Below, piece after piece: positions 1 to 11,557 of a stretch of 64,000 bases of DNA. How positions within the stretch are numbered: position 1 is the first letter of the stretch; every line of letters starts with the position of its first letter. The notes beneath the pieces were generated by a model. The model was not told the origin of the DNA. It saw only the letters and a list, made by a program, of their open reading frames with translations, and ran no database searches. The position numbers were made by a program, and so were the translations under genes. The DNA is from Octopus bimaculoides. Taxonomy: Eukaryota. The stretch covers positions 184,476,602 to 184,540,601 of the forward strand of contig NC_068981.1 in the NCBI RefSeq assembly GCF_001194135.2. Direction: 5' to 3'.

Positions 1-712
1 AAGTACTGGGGGTTGATGTAATCGATTTGTCCCATCCTCTCAAAAATCGCTGGCCTTGAACCTTGCAATGGATTGGCATCCCATTCAGGGGGACTGTTGT
101 GATCATCATCGTCGTTTAACATCCGTTTTCCATGCTGGCATGGGTTGGACAGTTTGACAAAAAACTGGTAAGTTGGGGAGCTGCACCGGATTCCAATCAA
201 TGTGTTTTGGCAAGGTTTCTACACCTGGATGCCCTTCCTAACGTCAACCACTCCAAGAGTGTAGTGGATGCTTTTTATGCGTCACCAGCACGGGTGCCAG
301 TTACGAAATACCAGCATTGGTCATGACTGCAATCTCACTTATACGCCATGGAAACCAGTTGCCTGGTTTCCATGGATTATAAGAAAAGAAAGCTCAAGAA
401 AAAAAAGCAAAAGAAAACAAAAACCAAGAATGTATTAGTTACATAGGACATTATAGAAGGTGCTTCTGTTACACAAATCCCCAAATTTACAGGGAGGGAA
501 TAGTTGATTATGTCAGCCCCAGTACTTGACTGGGACTTTATTAACCCTAGAGGAAGAGAAATTAAAGTTGATCCTTGAGGGGTTTGAACTTAGAATATAA
601 ATAGCCAAAACAAACACTGCAAAGTATTTTGCCTGATTGCTCTATTGATTCTGCCAATGTCTGAAATATTGTCGACTGAATAATTACAACAGATATAAAA
701 TATTGTACATAC

Positions 713-816
713 CACACGCGTAGCAGCATCTGATAAATTTCTCAGGGTCCAGAGGCAGTTATGGACAACACGAGGGCTTTCATGTGCTAAATTATCAGCC
801 AAAGCGGACATTCCTC
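713..816 (-). CDS. CTNNB1: Beta-catenin E9 (104 nt), ARM repeat 6; gene continues beyond the window
   Basis: atcattacag|GAGGAATG ... CGTGTG|gtatgt. Translates [35 protein letters not shown]. Confidence 0.96.
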
Positions 817-1402
817 CTGTAATGATTAAAACAACAGCAACAATGTAAATATTGGTTTCAGATGTTGACACAAGGCCAGTAATTTCAGGAGAAGAGTTAA
901 GTCAATCAAATCGACTCCTGTGCTCATCAGGTACTTATTTTTTTTAACCCTGAAAGGATGGAAGGCTATGTTGACCTCGGCAGAGTTTGAGTTCAGAATG
1001 TCAATTCAGAAAAAATGCTATCAAGCATTTTGTCCAGTATGGTAACAATTCTACCAGCTCAACGCCTTAATAACATGAATTTTAACAGTGTTATTGATTG
1101 GTCATTGATCATCGACAACAAAAACTCACATTGACTGTGGTCAGAGACAGATTTAGTACTTGAACTATATCGATGTGTTTACTAAATATTGTACTAAGAA
1201 GTAGTAGTAATGGCAGCAGTAGTAGTATAATAAATGTAAACCTACATTGTCTTTTCTGCTTCTTTAATCTGAAGGCATTATTAAGATTTAACAAATTATC
1301 AAGTGCATAGACAGACCTTAGGACTTAAAATATCTTGCATGCATATTGTTTTCAATCCAGCATTGATCATGCCTCTTTCCACGTTCACCATTCACCTACT
1401 TA

Positions 1403-1775
1403 CTCTTTTACTCTTTTACTTGTTTCAGTCATTTGACTGCGGCCATGCTGGAGCACCGCCTTTAGTCGAGCAAATCGACCCCAGGACTTATTCTTTGGAT
1501 GCCTAGTACTTATTCTATCAGTCTCTTTTGCTGAACCGCTAAGTTACGGGGACATAAACACACCACCATCGGTTGTCAAGCGATGTTGGGGGGACAAACA
1601 CATACACACATATATATACATATACATATATACAACGGGCTTCTTCCAGTTTCCGTCTACCAAATCCACTCACAAGGCTTTGGTCGGCCCGAGGCTACAG
1701 TAGAAGACACTTGCCCAAGGTGCCACGCAGTGGGACTGAACCCGGAACCATGTGGTTGGTAAGCAAGCTACTTAC
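1403..1775 (-). mobile_element. SINE family A, minus copy
   Basis: Reverse complement of the 29475 copy. Other minus copies at ~12066-12431, 15985-16375, 22060-22190, 30640-30770, 41395-41772, 42082-42440, 45650-45910, 48811-49024 and 52790-53195. Confidence 0.9.
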
Positions 1776-1906
1776 TGTTTAGAAAAACCACATATCTGTT
1801 GTGACCTGCTTATATGGTGGACCGCAAGCAAATGACACTGCCCATGAAGCAATTGTTTACAACCACTAAACACTGCAGAATAAAATATATAAACTCATTC
1901 AAACAA

Positions 1907-1945
<39 letters not shown>

Positions 1946-2675
1946 ATGGGCTTCTTTCAGTTTCTGTCAACCAAATCCACTCAAAAGCCTAGGGTTGTAG
2001 CAGAAGACACTTGCTTAAGCTGTCACATAGTGGGACCAAACCCAAAACTGCTTGGTTGGGAAGGAATTTCTTAACCACGAAGCCATGTTTGACTATATTT
2101 GTGGTTGGATATTTAAATAAATAAATAAATTATTATATATATAATCACCATCATCATCATTTAACGTCTGTTGTCTTGGTATGGGTTGGACGGTTTGACT
2201 TGGCTGGCATGCTGGAAGGCTGCAACAGACTCCAGTCTGATTTGGCATGGTTTTCTACGGCTGGGAATCCTTCCTAATGCCAACCACTCAGAGTGTAATG
2301 GGTGCTTGTATGTGCCTCTGGTACGGGTGCCATTTGCATGACACTGGGGTGTGTTTACATGCCAATTTGCATGATAAAAAAGGGAGACCAACACCAAAAG
2401 AGACAAACATGGCAGTGTGGTTTCAAGTTCAGTCCCACTGTGTGGTAGCTTGGGCAAGTGTCTTCTACTTTAACCCCAGGCTGATCAATGTCTTGATAGT
2501 GAATTTGTTCGATGGAAATTGTGTGGAAGCCTGTCCTATATATATATATGTCTGTTTACGTCCCTGTAACTTGATGGTTCAGCAGAAAGAGACCAATAGA
2601 AAAAGTCCCAGACTTATACAAAAAAGTCCAATCAGAAATTTAGTGATGAAAATTCAAACAAAACACTTTACTTAC

Positions 2676-2820
2676 CCGCTTCAACTATTCCAGGTTTATT
2701 GCTGGAACAAACGGATAAAACTTTAAGTACTCTGGAAGTAGTCCACAGCAGTTTTTCATATGTGTATGACCTCATAATACGAACTAGTTCAACAGGACCA
2801 CCACTGGCCAATATAATCAA
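2676..2820 (-). CDS. CTNNB1: Beta-catenin E8 (145 nt), ARM repeat 5
   Basis: ttaattgcag|TTGATTATA ... GAAGCGG|gtaagt. Translates [48 protein letters not shown]. Not in the ORF track. Confidence 0.97.
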
Positions 2821-2958
2821 CTGCAATTAAATAGAATTGAGATTCGTTAAGAAAGTGAAATATAAGAAAATTGTAAAGAAAAATGCACCAATCATGAATA
2901 GGAATTAGAGTATTTTGTTGATTATTTTACAGAATTTCCAAATCTAAACTCAACTCAC

Positions 2959-3160
2959 TTTACTCTCTTGATTTCCATAAGCCAAAATTTGCAGACAGTC
3001 TGTGGTAATAGCAAGAAATTTTACGTTATTTCTTTGCAGCAGAGCCACCATTTTCTGTAACCCCCCAGCCAATCGTACAGCCATCTTGGAACCTTCTTGA
3101 TGAAGCAGCAGATTATGTAGTGTGGTGATTGCATAAAACAATACAGTTTCCACTGGGGAG
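2959..3160 (-). CDS. CTNNB1: Beta-catenin E7 (202 nt), ARM repeats 3-4
   Basis: ctcctgcacag|CTCCCCAGTG ... AGTAAA|gtgagt. Translates [67 protein letters not shown]. Confidence 0.98.
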
Positions 3161-3536
3161 CTGTGCAGGAGACAAGAAAAGGAAATGAAAAAAAAGACTC
3201 TCTCTGACAATTTTCAAGTTTTCACCAATTCAATATTTACATACAATTTTTCTCATTATACTGCATTTGATGGAATATAAAATACATTTTTTCCACAAAA
3301 AAGTGTCTTGTAAAATACTCCTAGGGAATATGTGTATCCCGGGTAAAATGGCTGGTACTAAGAAATGTCTCTCTCCAGCCATAGAAACCATGCCAAAGTT
3401 GACACTGGAGCCTGGGGTAGCCCTCTGGCTTGTCAGCTCCTATCAAACTGTCCAACCCATGCCAACATGGAAAGGGACATTTCCATTAAATGATGATTTT
3501 GTCAGCTTTTGATAATCTGTCCAAGTATTTTAAGAC

Positions 3537-3567
<31 letters not shown>

Positions 3568-5038
3568 TATATTGCCACCATTATCTTTTCCTTGCATAAG
3601 CTGAGTAGGTCCTATCTATGTTGATTATATNNNNNNNNNNNNNNNNNNNNNNNNNNNNNNNNNNNNNNNNNNNNNNNNNNNNNNNNNNNNNNNNNNNNNN
3701 NNNNNNNNNNNNNNNNNNNNNNNNNNNNNNNNNNNNNNNNNNNNNNNNNNNNNNNNNNNNNNNNNNNNNNNNNNNNNNNNNNNNNNNNNNNNNNNNNNNN
3801 NNNNNNNNNNNNNNNTTGGATGATGTGGCTGTAAAACCTGCTCTGTGTAAGCATTCGATTCGACTTGTTTGGGCACGCTTACGTTAAAAAACAATTTTAG
3901 AATTTTTTTTTGTCAAAATGCTAAAAATAACTGACCAACAAAAAAAAAGAAAAACAAAAAACCCAGCCAAGATTCAACCAAATCAAAAAATAAATCCAAA
4001 TACTAAGTGAACAAAGATGAACCATCCCACTTTCATTGCACACATACCCCCCTTTTACACACACACACTGCATTCACACAGAGTTGAAACGCTGTTTGAT
4101 TTATTTTTTCAGCGTACAATTTTTATCATCCCACTACCAAGTATGACATCACCCCTTCCTTCCTTATTCATCTATCACGCCTTCCTTTCTCATTCATAAA
4201 CATAAGATTATCATAGATTATCGTGGTAACCATGGGAGCTATGAAAAAATATACAAAGTCCAGCAACACCACCGGATCATTCTACACATCTGGGTAATTT
4301 TCTGTGCAATTCCATCCAGCTATTTGACCGTAAATCCCAAGACAAGAAAGAATCGCTCATGTCAAATTTATAAGTATAGATATATAATTTGCAGACATGA
4401 CTGTGTGGCACCTTGGGCAAGTCTCTTCTTCTATAGCTTTGAGACGGCCAAAGCCTTGTGAGTGAATTTGGTAGACAGAAACAAAAAAGGATCTTTTTTA
4501 AAATGTGGGCCACATTTTTCATTAATGTTTTACGTAGTGTTTTTGGTACCGAAAGACTTTCAAACTTCGTATACTTATCTATTTTGTGTTATAGAACAGA
4601 AAAATATTTTTGTATTCGAATTTATTTCATGTAAAAAATTCGTCTTATTTCNNNNNNNNNNNNNNNNNNNNNNNNNNNNNNNNNNNNNNNNNNNNNNNNN
4701 NNNNNNNNNNNNNNNNNNNNNNNNNNNNNNNNNNNNNNNNNNNNNNNNNNNNNNNNNNNNNNNNNNNNNNNNNNNNNNNNNNNNNNNNNNNNNNNNNNNN
4801 NNNNNNNNNNNNNNNNNNNNNNNNNNNNNNNNNNNNNNNNNNNNNNNNNNNNNNNNNNNNNNNNNNNNNNNNNNNNNNNNNNNNNNNNNNNNNNNNNNNN
4901 NNNNNNNNNNNNNNNNNNNNNNNNNNNNNNNNNNNNNNNNNNNNNNNNNNNNNNNNNNNNNNNNNNNNNNNNNNNNNNNNNNNNNNNNNNNNNNNNNNNN
5001 NNNNNNNNNNNNNNNNNNNNNNNNNNNNNNNNNNNNNN

Positions 5039-5093
<55 letters not shown>

Positions 5094-5275
5094 CCATGTG
5101 TATGTGTTTGCCCACCATCATTTCACAACTGATGTTGGTGTGTTTATGTCCCCATAACCTAGCAGTTCAACAAGAGACTGACAGAATAAGTACTAGGGGT
5201 TGATTTGTTTAAATAGCTGCAGTCTAATGACTGGAGTGAAACAAGTAACAGAGTATTGAAGATTGAAAAGCTTAC

Positions 5276-5580
5276 CTGAGTAATTTTACAAGAGCTGGAA
5301 TACCTCCAGATTTAAATATAGCCAGAAGTCCCTGTCTATGTTGTGAGAGGCTATGGAGAACTGCAGCTCCATAACGAGTGGTTTCAAAATCATTTGTATT
5401 ATTCATGGCTCGTACAAGAGCCGCAACCATTTGTGGAGAATTAAGGATAACATGCCGGCTAGCATCATTTCTGGTTAAGTGGTGTACAATGACAGCGGCG
5501 CGAGCAACGACCACTTGGTCCTCATCGTTCAACAACTTAATCAGCTCAGGAACAGCAAAAGTGGCCAGGTCAGCATCATT
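5276..5580 (-). CDS. CTNNB1: Beta-catenin E6 (305 nt), ARM repeats 1-2 and start of 3
   Basis: ttctctctag|AATGATGCTGAC ... TTACTCAG|gtaagc. Translates [25 protein letters not shown]...[18 protein letters not shown]. Confidence 0.96.
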
Positions 5581-6794
5581 CTAGAGAGAAGAATACAAAA
5601 AAAATATAAGAACTTAAAATTTTGGAGGTATGTTTCAGTCAGTAAGATGGCAACATCTATCTATCTATCTTATATATATCATCATCATCATCGTTTAATG
5701 TCCGCTTTCCATGCTAGCATGGGTTGGACGATTTGACTGAGGACTGGTGAAACCGGATGGCAACACCAGGCTCCAATCTAAATTTGGCAGAGTTTCTACA
5801 GCTGGATGCCCTTCCTAACGCCAATAATAATAATAATAATAATAATTTTAGGGATAAAAATCCAAAATTACAGGTAAAAACTCAATTAAAATCAATTTAT
5901 TAAAAATTAAAATTAAATTAAGTTTCACAGTATTAAATATATATAAATATATAGTTTTAGGGAAAAGAACCAAGGTTCATGAACTCATTGATGAAAATCC
6001 ACTGTCACATATAGAAAGATTAATAAGTAAAAGCACACTAAATAAGTATAATATAATACAAAGTAAATGTCATTATATATATATATATGTATATATACAC
6101 ACACACACATACACATATACATACATACACACATCCAGGCCTACTCCCCATTTTTTTTTTAGGAGGGGGTAGCCACAAGATACACATCAGGCATTTCATT
6201 CATTTCCCAGCTCAGTCCTGGGTATGACTATAAATTACATCCAGCAATGGGACCATGGGGTCCTGGCTTCAGGGTTTGAGGAGTGTGGAACCACCTCTTA
6301 GCCACTATCGTTCCCAGGTCTACTCTCACCCGGAGTGGTAGCACATGTAAAGGTCCCAGCTATGGGTTAACTAACAATACACCCCCACCTGAAAATGAGG
6401 TGGGGGGGGAACAGGGCAGTAGAATGCAGTTGTTGTATTCCCTGCGTGGCATAAGAGGCGATTAAAAGGGGCAGGAACTAGGGGGCTGGGAATCCTCTCC
6501 TAGTAAATCTACATTCCTAAAAGAAAACGGCAACATCAACACCAAACAAATTTGATTCAACCAAGTCACCATAGTGTAAACAGGTACCATATATGCCAGC
6601 TTATAAGATGAGCTATTTTTATTCTTAAATGTAACAAAAAACTGCCATAGTAAGAATGGGGCACCAAGTGGACAAGTATATGATGAAACATTGGATTTGT
6701 TTTTTCTCCACAAAATACGCTTGTAAAGTAGGGGTGCATCTTATAAGCTGCAGCAAATATGGCATGTTGCTTTTGTATTGAAGGTGGTATTTAC

Positions 6795-6982
6795 CTGATA
6801 GTTAATGAGATTAGCAACTGCATGCTTCAACATCTGTGACGGTTCAGCCAATCTTTGCACAGCTGTTGGTTGATCAGGGTGGATCTGAGTTGAAGGGATT
6901 TGTATGCCTTCCTCTAGAGTTTCTGGAAACATAGCAGCTCTCACTCTTTGTGATCTGGTCTGATTCAGTTGTTGGTTCATCT
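6795..6982 (-). CDS. CTNNB1: Beta-catenin E5 (188 nt), alpha-catenin-binding region
   Basis: cattaaag|AGATGAAC ... TATCAG|gtaaat. Translates [63 protein letters not shown]. Confidence 0.97.
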
Positions 6983-8448
6983 CTTTAATGGTAACAAGAG
7001 TATTGAGAATAATTAGTTGGGAAAACATACCAAAAGTAAGTCTCATGAAAATAGGAATGATTATAATAATGGGTTTCCGCCACCATAATTTTTGATGAAT
7101 GTTAATATTTTCTTTAAAATAAAATGTTTGAATAATTCACCCCTGGAAATGTGGGTGTTTTGTTCAATATCCTGAAACAACCCTTATTTAGGGGTCTTTT
7201 GAGCAGGATAGGTTACTCAACCTGAACAAAATTCTAACTGGGTCCCACCTGTGAGGTCGTGCTGTTTATCTTGATATATTATGTTGTGCATATATGGTTG
7301 TGATGCATGTGCCCAGTGTACCCTTAACAGATGGGTAGTCATGATGGGTATATTGGGCTTCATGTATTTGTACCCCAGTGTCACTGATGGCATGCACTGC
7401 TCTCTTAGTCAACAATAATAATATTCATTTCAAATTTTGGCACAAGGACAGCAATTTTAACAACGATTCTATTATAGGTGCAAGTCCTGAAATTGGGTGG
7501 CGGAGAATTAGTTGATTACGCAGATCCCAGTACTTGACTGGTACTTAATTTATTGACCCTAGAAGGATGAAAAGCAAAGTCGACTTCAGTGAAATTTGAA
7601 CTCAGAATGTAAAGACAGACGAAATACCGCTAAGCATTTTGCCTGGCATGTTAACGATTCTGACAGCTCGCTACCTTAATAATAATCCTTTCTACTGAAA
7701 GCACAAGGCCTCAAATTTGGGGGAAGGAATTAAGTCAAATACATTGACCCCAGTATGCAACTGGTACTTAATTTATCAACCCCGAAAGGATGAAAGGCAA
7801 AGTTGACCATGGCGCAATTTGAACTCAGAACGTAGCAACAGGTGAAATATCGCTAAGCATTTCATCCAGATGGTGCTTACGATTCTGCCAGCTCGCTACC
7901 TTGATAATAATAATAATAATAATAATAATCCTTTCTACTGTAGGCACATGGTCTGAATTTTTTGGTGGAGTTGGTGATTGGGTGTGTGCGTGTGTGTGTG
8001 TGTGGGGGGGTAGTGGGTTACATTGGCTAGTACTTTATAATATTAAGCCCAGAAGGATGAGTGGTTAAATCAACCTCAGCAGGATATGAACTCCGAACAT
8101 ACAGAGTCAGAAGAAATGTCTAAGCATTTTGTCTGACATACTAATGGTTCTGCCGGCTTGCTGCCATATAGCCATTTTTAATAACAACAACAACAACAAC
8201 AATCATTTAACAGCTGTCTTTTATTCTGGTTAGGCTGGATGGTTTGACAGGAGTTTGAAAACTGGAGAGCTGTACCAGGTTCCATTGTCTTCATTGGCAT
8301 GGTTTCTATGGCTGGGTACCATTATTCTTAATGCCAGCCAATTTACAGAGTGAACTGGGTGCTTTTTATGTGGCACCAACACTAGCAGGGTCGCCAAGTA
8401 ACTTGCAAGACGAAGACCTCTCAGCTAGGAGAGGAAGTGGAACCGCAG

Positions 8449-8488
<40 letters not shown>

Positions 8489-9462
8489 CTACAATGTTAT
8501 GTTCATCATGATTGTATGTTATGGTTGTAAGAACCCTAACTGTGTGACAATATTGAGGACATGAATGAAATCTTTAACGTAATAAAATAATGCAATTCGT
8601 GACCTGACTTTTTGTCCGATGTCACTTTCCTCACATCTTTTTGTCCAATTTTAAATAAACTCTTTAGAAAACAAGGTGAATACCAAAATCAAATAATCAT
8701 TGAGAATTCTATTTATAGGATTTGTTGTTGGACAAAAAAGACGTGGTTTGATGAAGTGACATCTGACAAAAAGACATAGCACCAATGTAATTTACACATC
8801 AAAATAGAAACCAGAACACCAACAAGGAAGCAGCAGTCTATATAACCCCAAATACTAAGTTATTGTTTGGAATACAGTGTCGTAGCTAAAACAACATGAA
8901 TGTATAATATTCTACTTGAAAGACAAGAAACCAGCTAATTTGGGTGTTGCTACTTTCTGAAAAAGCATGAAAATATTGGTAAAGGTTATTCTAATTAATT
9001 GCACTAGCTGAACAATTTAATGGATGGTATTTGCAAATATTTTGACAACTGCAGCAGATGAACAAGTGCATTGTAATTTAGAGTGATGTAACATAAATGA
9101 TCTGGGTTTCCAGTAGGTTGCTGGTTTGTCTGTTCCCACAAAGCTTTGTTTATGAGTGTGTCTTACCATCTCTCTTGAAGGGTCAGTCTCCAACATGACA
9201 AAGCAAGACCTCTGCTGGACATCCCAAGGGAGAAACACAGCAGGCCAAAAGCCATGGTGACAGTCCATAGAAACTGAAATACTGGCTGCAACTACAACTG
9301 GGGGCAATTGCAAACTATTGTTAAAGATCAAGACAGATGGAGATCTCTTGCTGATGTTCCACATGGAATTAAAGGATTAAAAAGAGGGAGCATAGATGAT
9401 GCTTGGAGTGCAGAAAGAATTTGGTACTATGAAGTGAAAAATGCATAGTTTGATAGACTTAC

Positions 9463-9586
9463 CATCAACTTGTTCCTGAGTAAAACCTTGGTTAAATCCT
9501 TGATCCCAATCAAACATCATTCGGTTATTATCCATGTTCTCTTCTTCCATTTCCTCTCCATGGCCTTTGCTGCTGATGGAGGGGGC
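9463..9586 (-). CDS. CTNNB1: Beta-catenin E4 (124 nt), with the S45-equivalent CK1 priming site
   Basis: gttgttttag|GCCCCCTCCATC ... GTTGATG|gtaagt. Translates APSISSKGHGEEMEEENMDNNRMMFDWDQGFNQGFTQEQVD. In a different frame from the listed ORF. Confidence 0.95.
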
Positions 9587-9924
9587 CTAAAACAACAGAA
9601 TTACACGTAAAGTAAATCACTGTTTCATTTGAGCATTTAAATAATAATCCCATGAGTAGTGAAAAAGAAATAAAATCTATAATTAACACAATTAAGCCTT
9701 GAAATTGCTTGCAAAACTGAAAACTAACTCTCTCTCTCTCTACACACACAGATATATATATATATAATTATGTGTATTTCTTCTATCTTAATGAATAAAA
9801 ATTCTTCTGATAGAATAAATGGGTTAATAGAAACCAATGTAGCAAAGAACACAAAATAACTGTGGTTTAGTTCCTGTTTTTAAGGCAGGAACTCCTTGAA
9901 ATTTTGGGTATTTGAGTATATTTA

Positions 9925-10091
9925 AGAATTTAAGGATTGGAGAAAACGCATGTTATAATTGCATACTGATGAGAAGGTTACAATTTTAATATCAAAGACC
10001 CCTATGGATCACACAGGTTGTAATCCTTTGAAACATATGTAGGAATAAAGTATGCAATTATAACATGCGTTTTCTGCAACCCTTAAATTCT
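9925..10091. repeat. Inverted repeat, 43-bp arms, ~80-nt spacer (MITE-like)
   Basis: agaatttaaggattggagaaaacgcatgttataattgcatact versus agtatgcaattataacatgcgttttctgcaacccttaaattct. Confidence 0.9.
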
Positions 10092-10798
10092 CAGAGAGAG
10101 AGAGAGAGGGGGGGGGGGTAGTCAGAATTTTGGATAATTATTCATTTAGCGTTTCATCTCAGAAATAGCTAATATTTTTCAAGATTCTATGGAACAAGAT
10201 GAAAGTGCTAAATAAAAAAAATCAAAATTCTTACTACCTCATTTTTCTTAACTATGTCAAATCTGTACACCACTTCAAACAGTCTATACACACACACAAG
10301 TTGCTTTATGTTAGACTTATGAAGAAAGGAGTGCTCAACAGATGTTGTACAGAAGGATACATCTTTCTTTTTCATTGAAACTGAGAAATAGTCTCACAAC
10401 TTAAATTTCACACCAATGCAATCTTTGTAACTTGAGCCACAAGACAAAACTCTCAGCTTCAGTTTCAACAAACAAAACACAACACACACATGCATCACTC
10501 TATCGACCAGATTACTGGAAGTTAAACACTGTGGGTCACAATGCACTTTCTCACATTGTAGCTTTTCCAAAGATGCCCCTCACCCACCTGCTGGATAGGC
10601 AGTCAAGCTCACATTCCTCCTGAGCAGAATGCTAGTACATTGCAGAGTGACCCACTTACGGGGGAGTGGACTGGAGCAATGTGAAGTAAAGCATTTCGCT
10701 CAAGAACACAACACCCCGCGGGCCTCAGAATTGAAACTATGATCACAAATGACCCCAGTGTTGAAAACAAAGTTGACTTCAGCAGAAATATATATATA

Positions 10799-10990
10799 CA
10801 GTAATCCCTTGACCATCATGGGGGTTACGTTCCCAAACCCCCCAAGATGGGTGAAAATCTACAAAGTAGAAACAGTACTGTACTGTATATTTTAAAAATT
10901 ATTTTTATAATTTGTATATACCTATTTTATTATAAATGCAAAACAACACCACAAAAGAATTGACATAAGCTTAAATAATAAATCGCAATA
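10799..10990 (+). mobile_element. Tigger/pogo-like left end
   Basis: TA|CAGTAATCCCTTGACCATCATGGGGGTTACGTTCC, resembling Tigger termini. No matching right end seen. Confidence 0.45.
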
Positions 10991-11060
10991 TGGCAGGAGA
11001 TTACTATATATATAACTCAAAGAAATTCCAACTTTGATTTTTCACGTTTTATTTACAATC

Positions 11061-11334
11061 TTATAATAATATAATGAAATGATTGAATATTAAATGTCCA
11101 TTCTGATTGAGCTAGTACTTTCGTGCATTAAACTATGCCATCTTCAGGTTCATGTAGTAGTGGTGAGTTATGTTTTACTATTTACAACAGTAAATATACA
11201 CAGTTGTAAATTGTAAAACATAAGTGTCACCACTACTACACGAACCTGAAGATTGCATAGTTTAATGCATGAAAGTACTAGTTCAATCAGAATGGACATT
11301 TAATATTCTATCATTTCATTATATTATATTATAA
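11061..11334. repeat. Long near-perfect inverted repeat (~128-bp arms, ~14-nt loop)
   Basis: Arms aligned by hand: about 7 mismatches and 2 small indels. Confidence 0.95.
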
Positions 11335-11420
11335 TACACAATCACACACACCCGTGTGTATATACATACACACATATACACACTGATAATAAAAGATATA
11401 GTGCAGTGAGAAATACCAAC

Positions 11421-11557
11421 CTGTGTTGTGGCACCTGAATGGATGCCAGAATCAGTAAGGTACTGATTTTGTTGCCACATCATTGTCTGCTGTTGTTTGT
11501 TTTCCATCGGCATATTGGACAAGTCCATGTAGCTATTGCCACTACCACTGTGGCTCA
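11421..11557 (-). CDS. CTNNB1: Beta-catenin E3 (137 nt), with the DSGIHS phosphodegron up to T41/Q42
   Basis: ttttccag|TGAGCCAC ... ACACAG|gttggt. Translates [45 protein letters not shown]. Confidence 0.97.
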
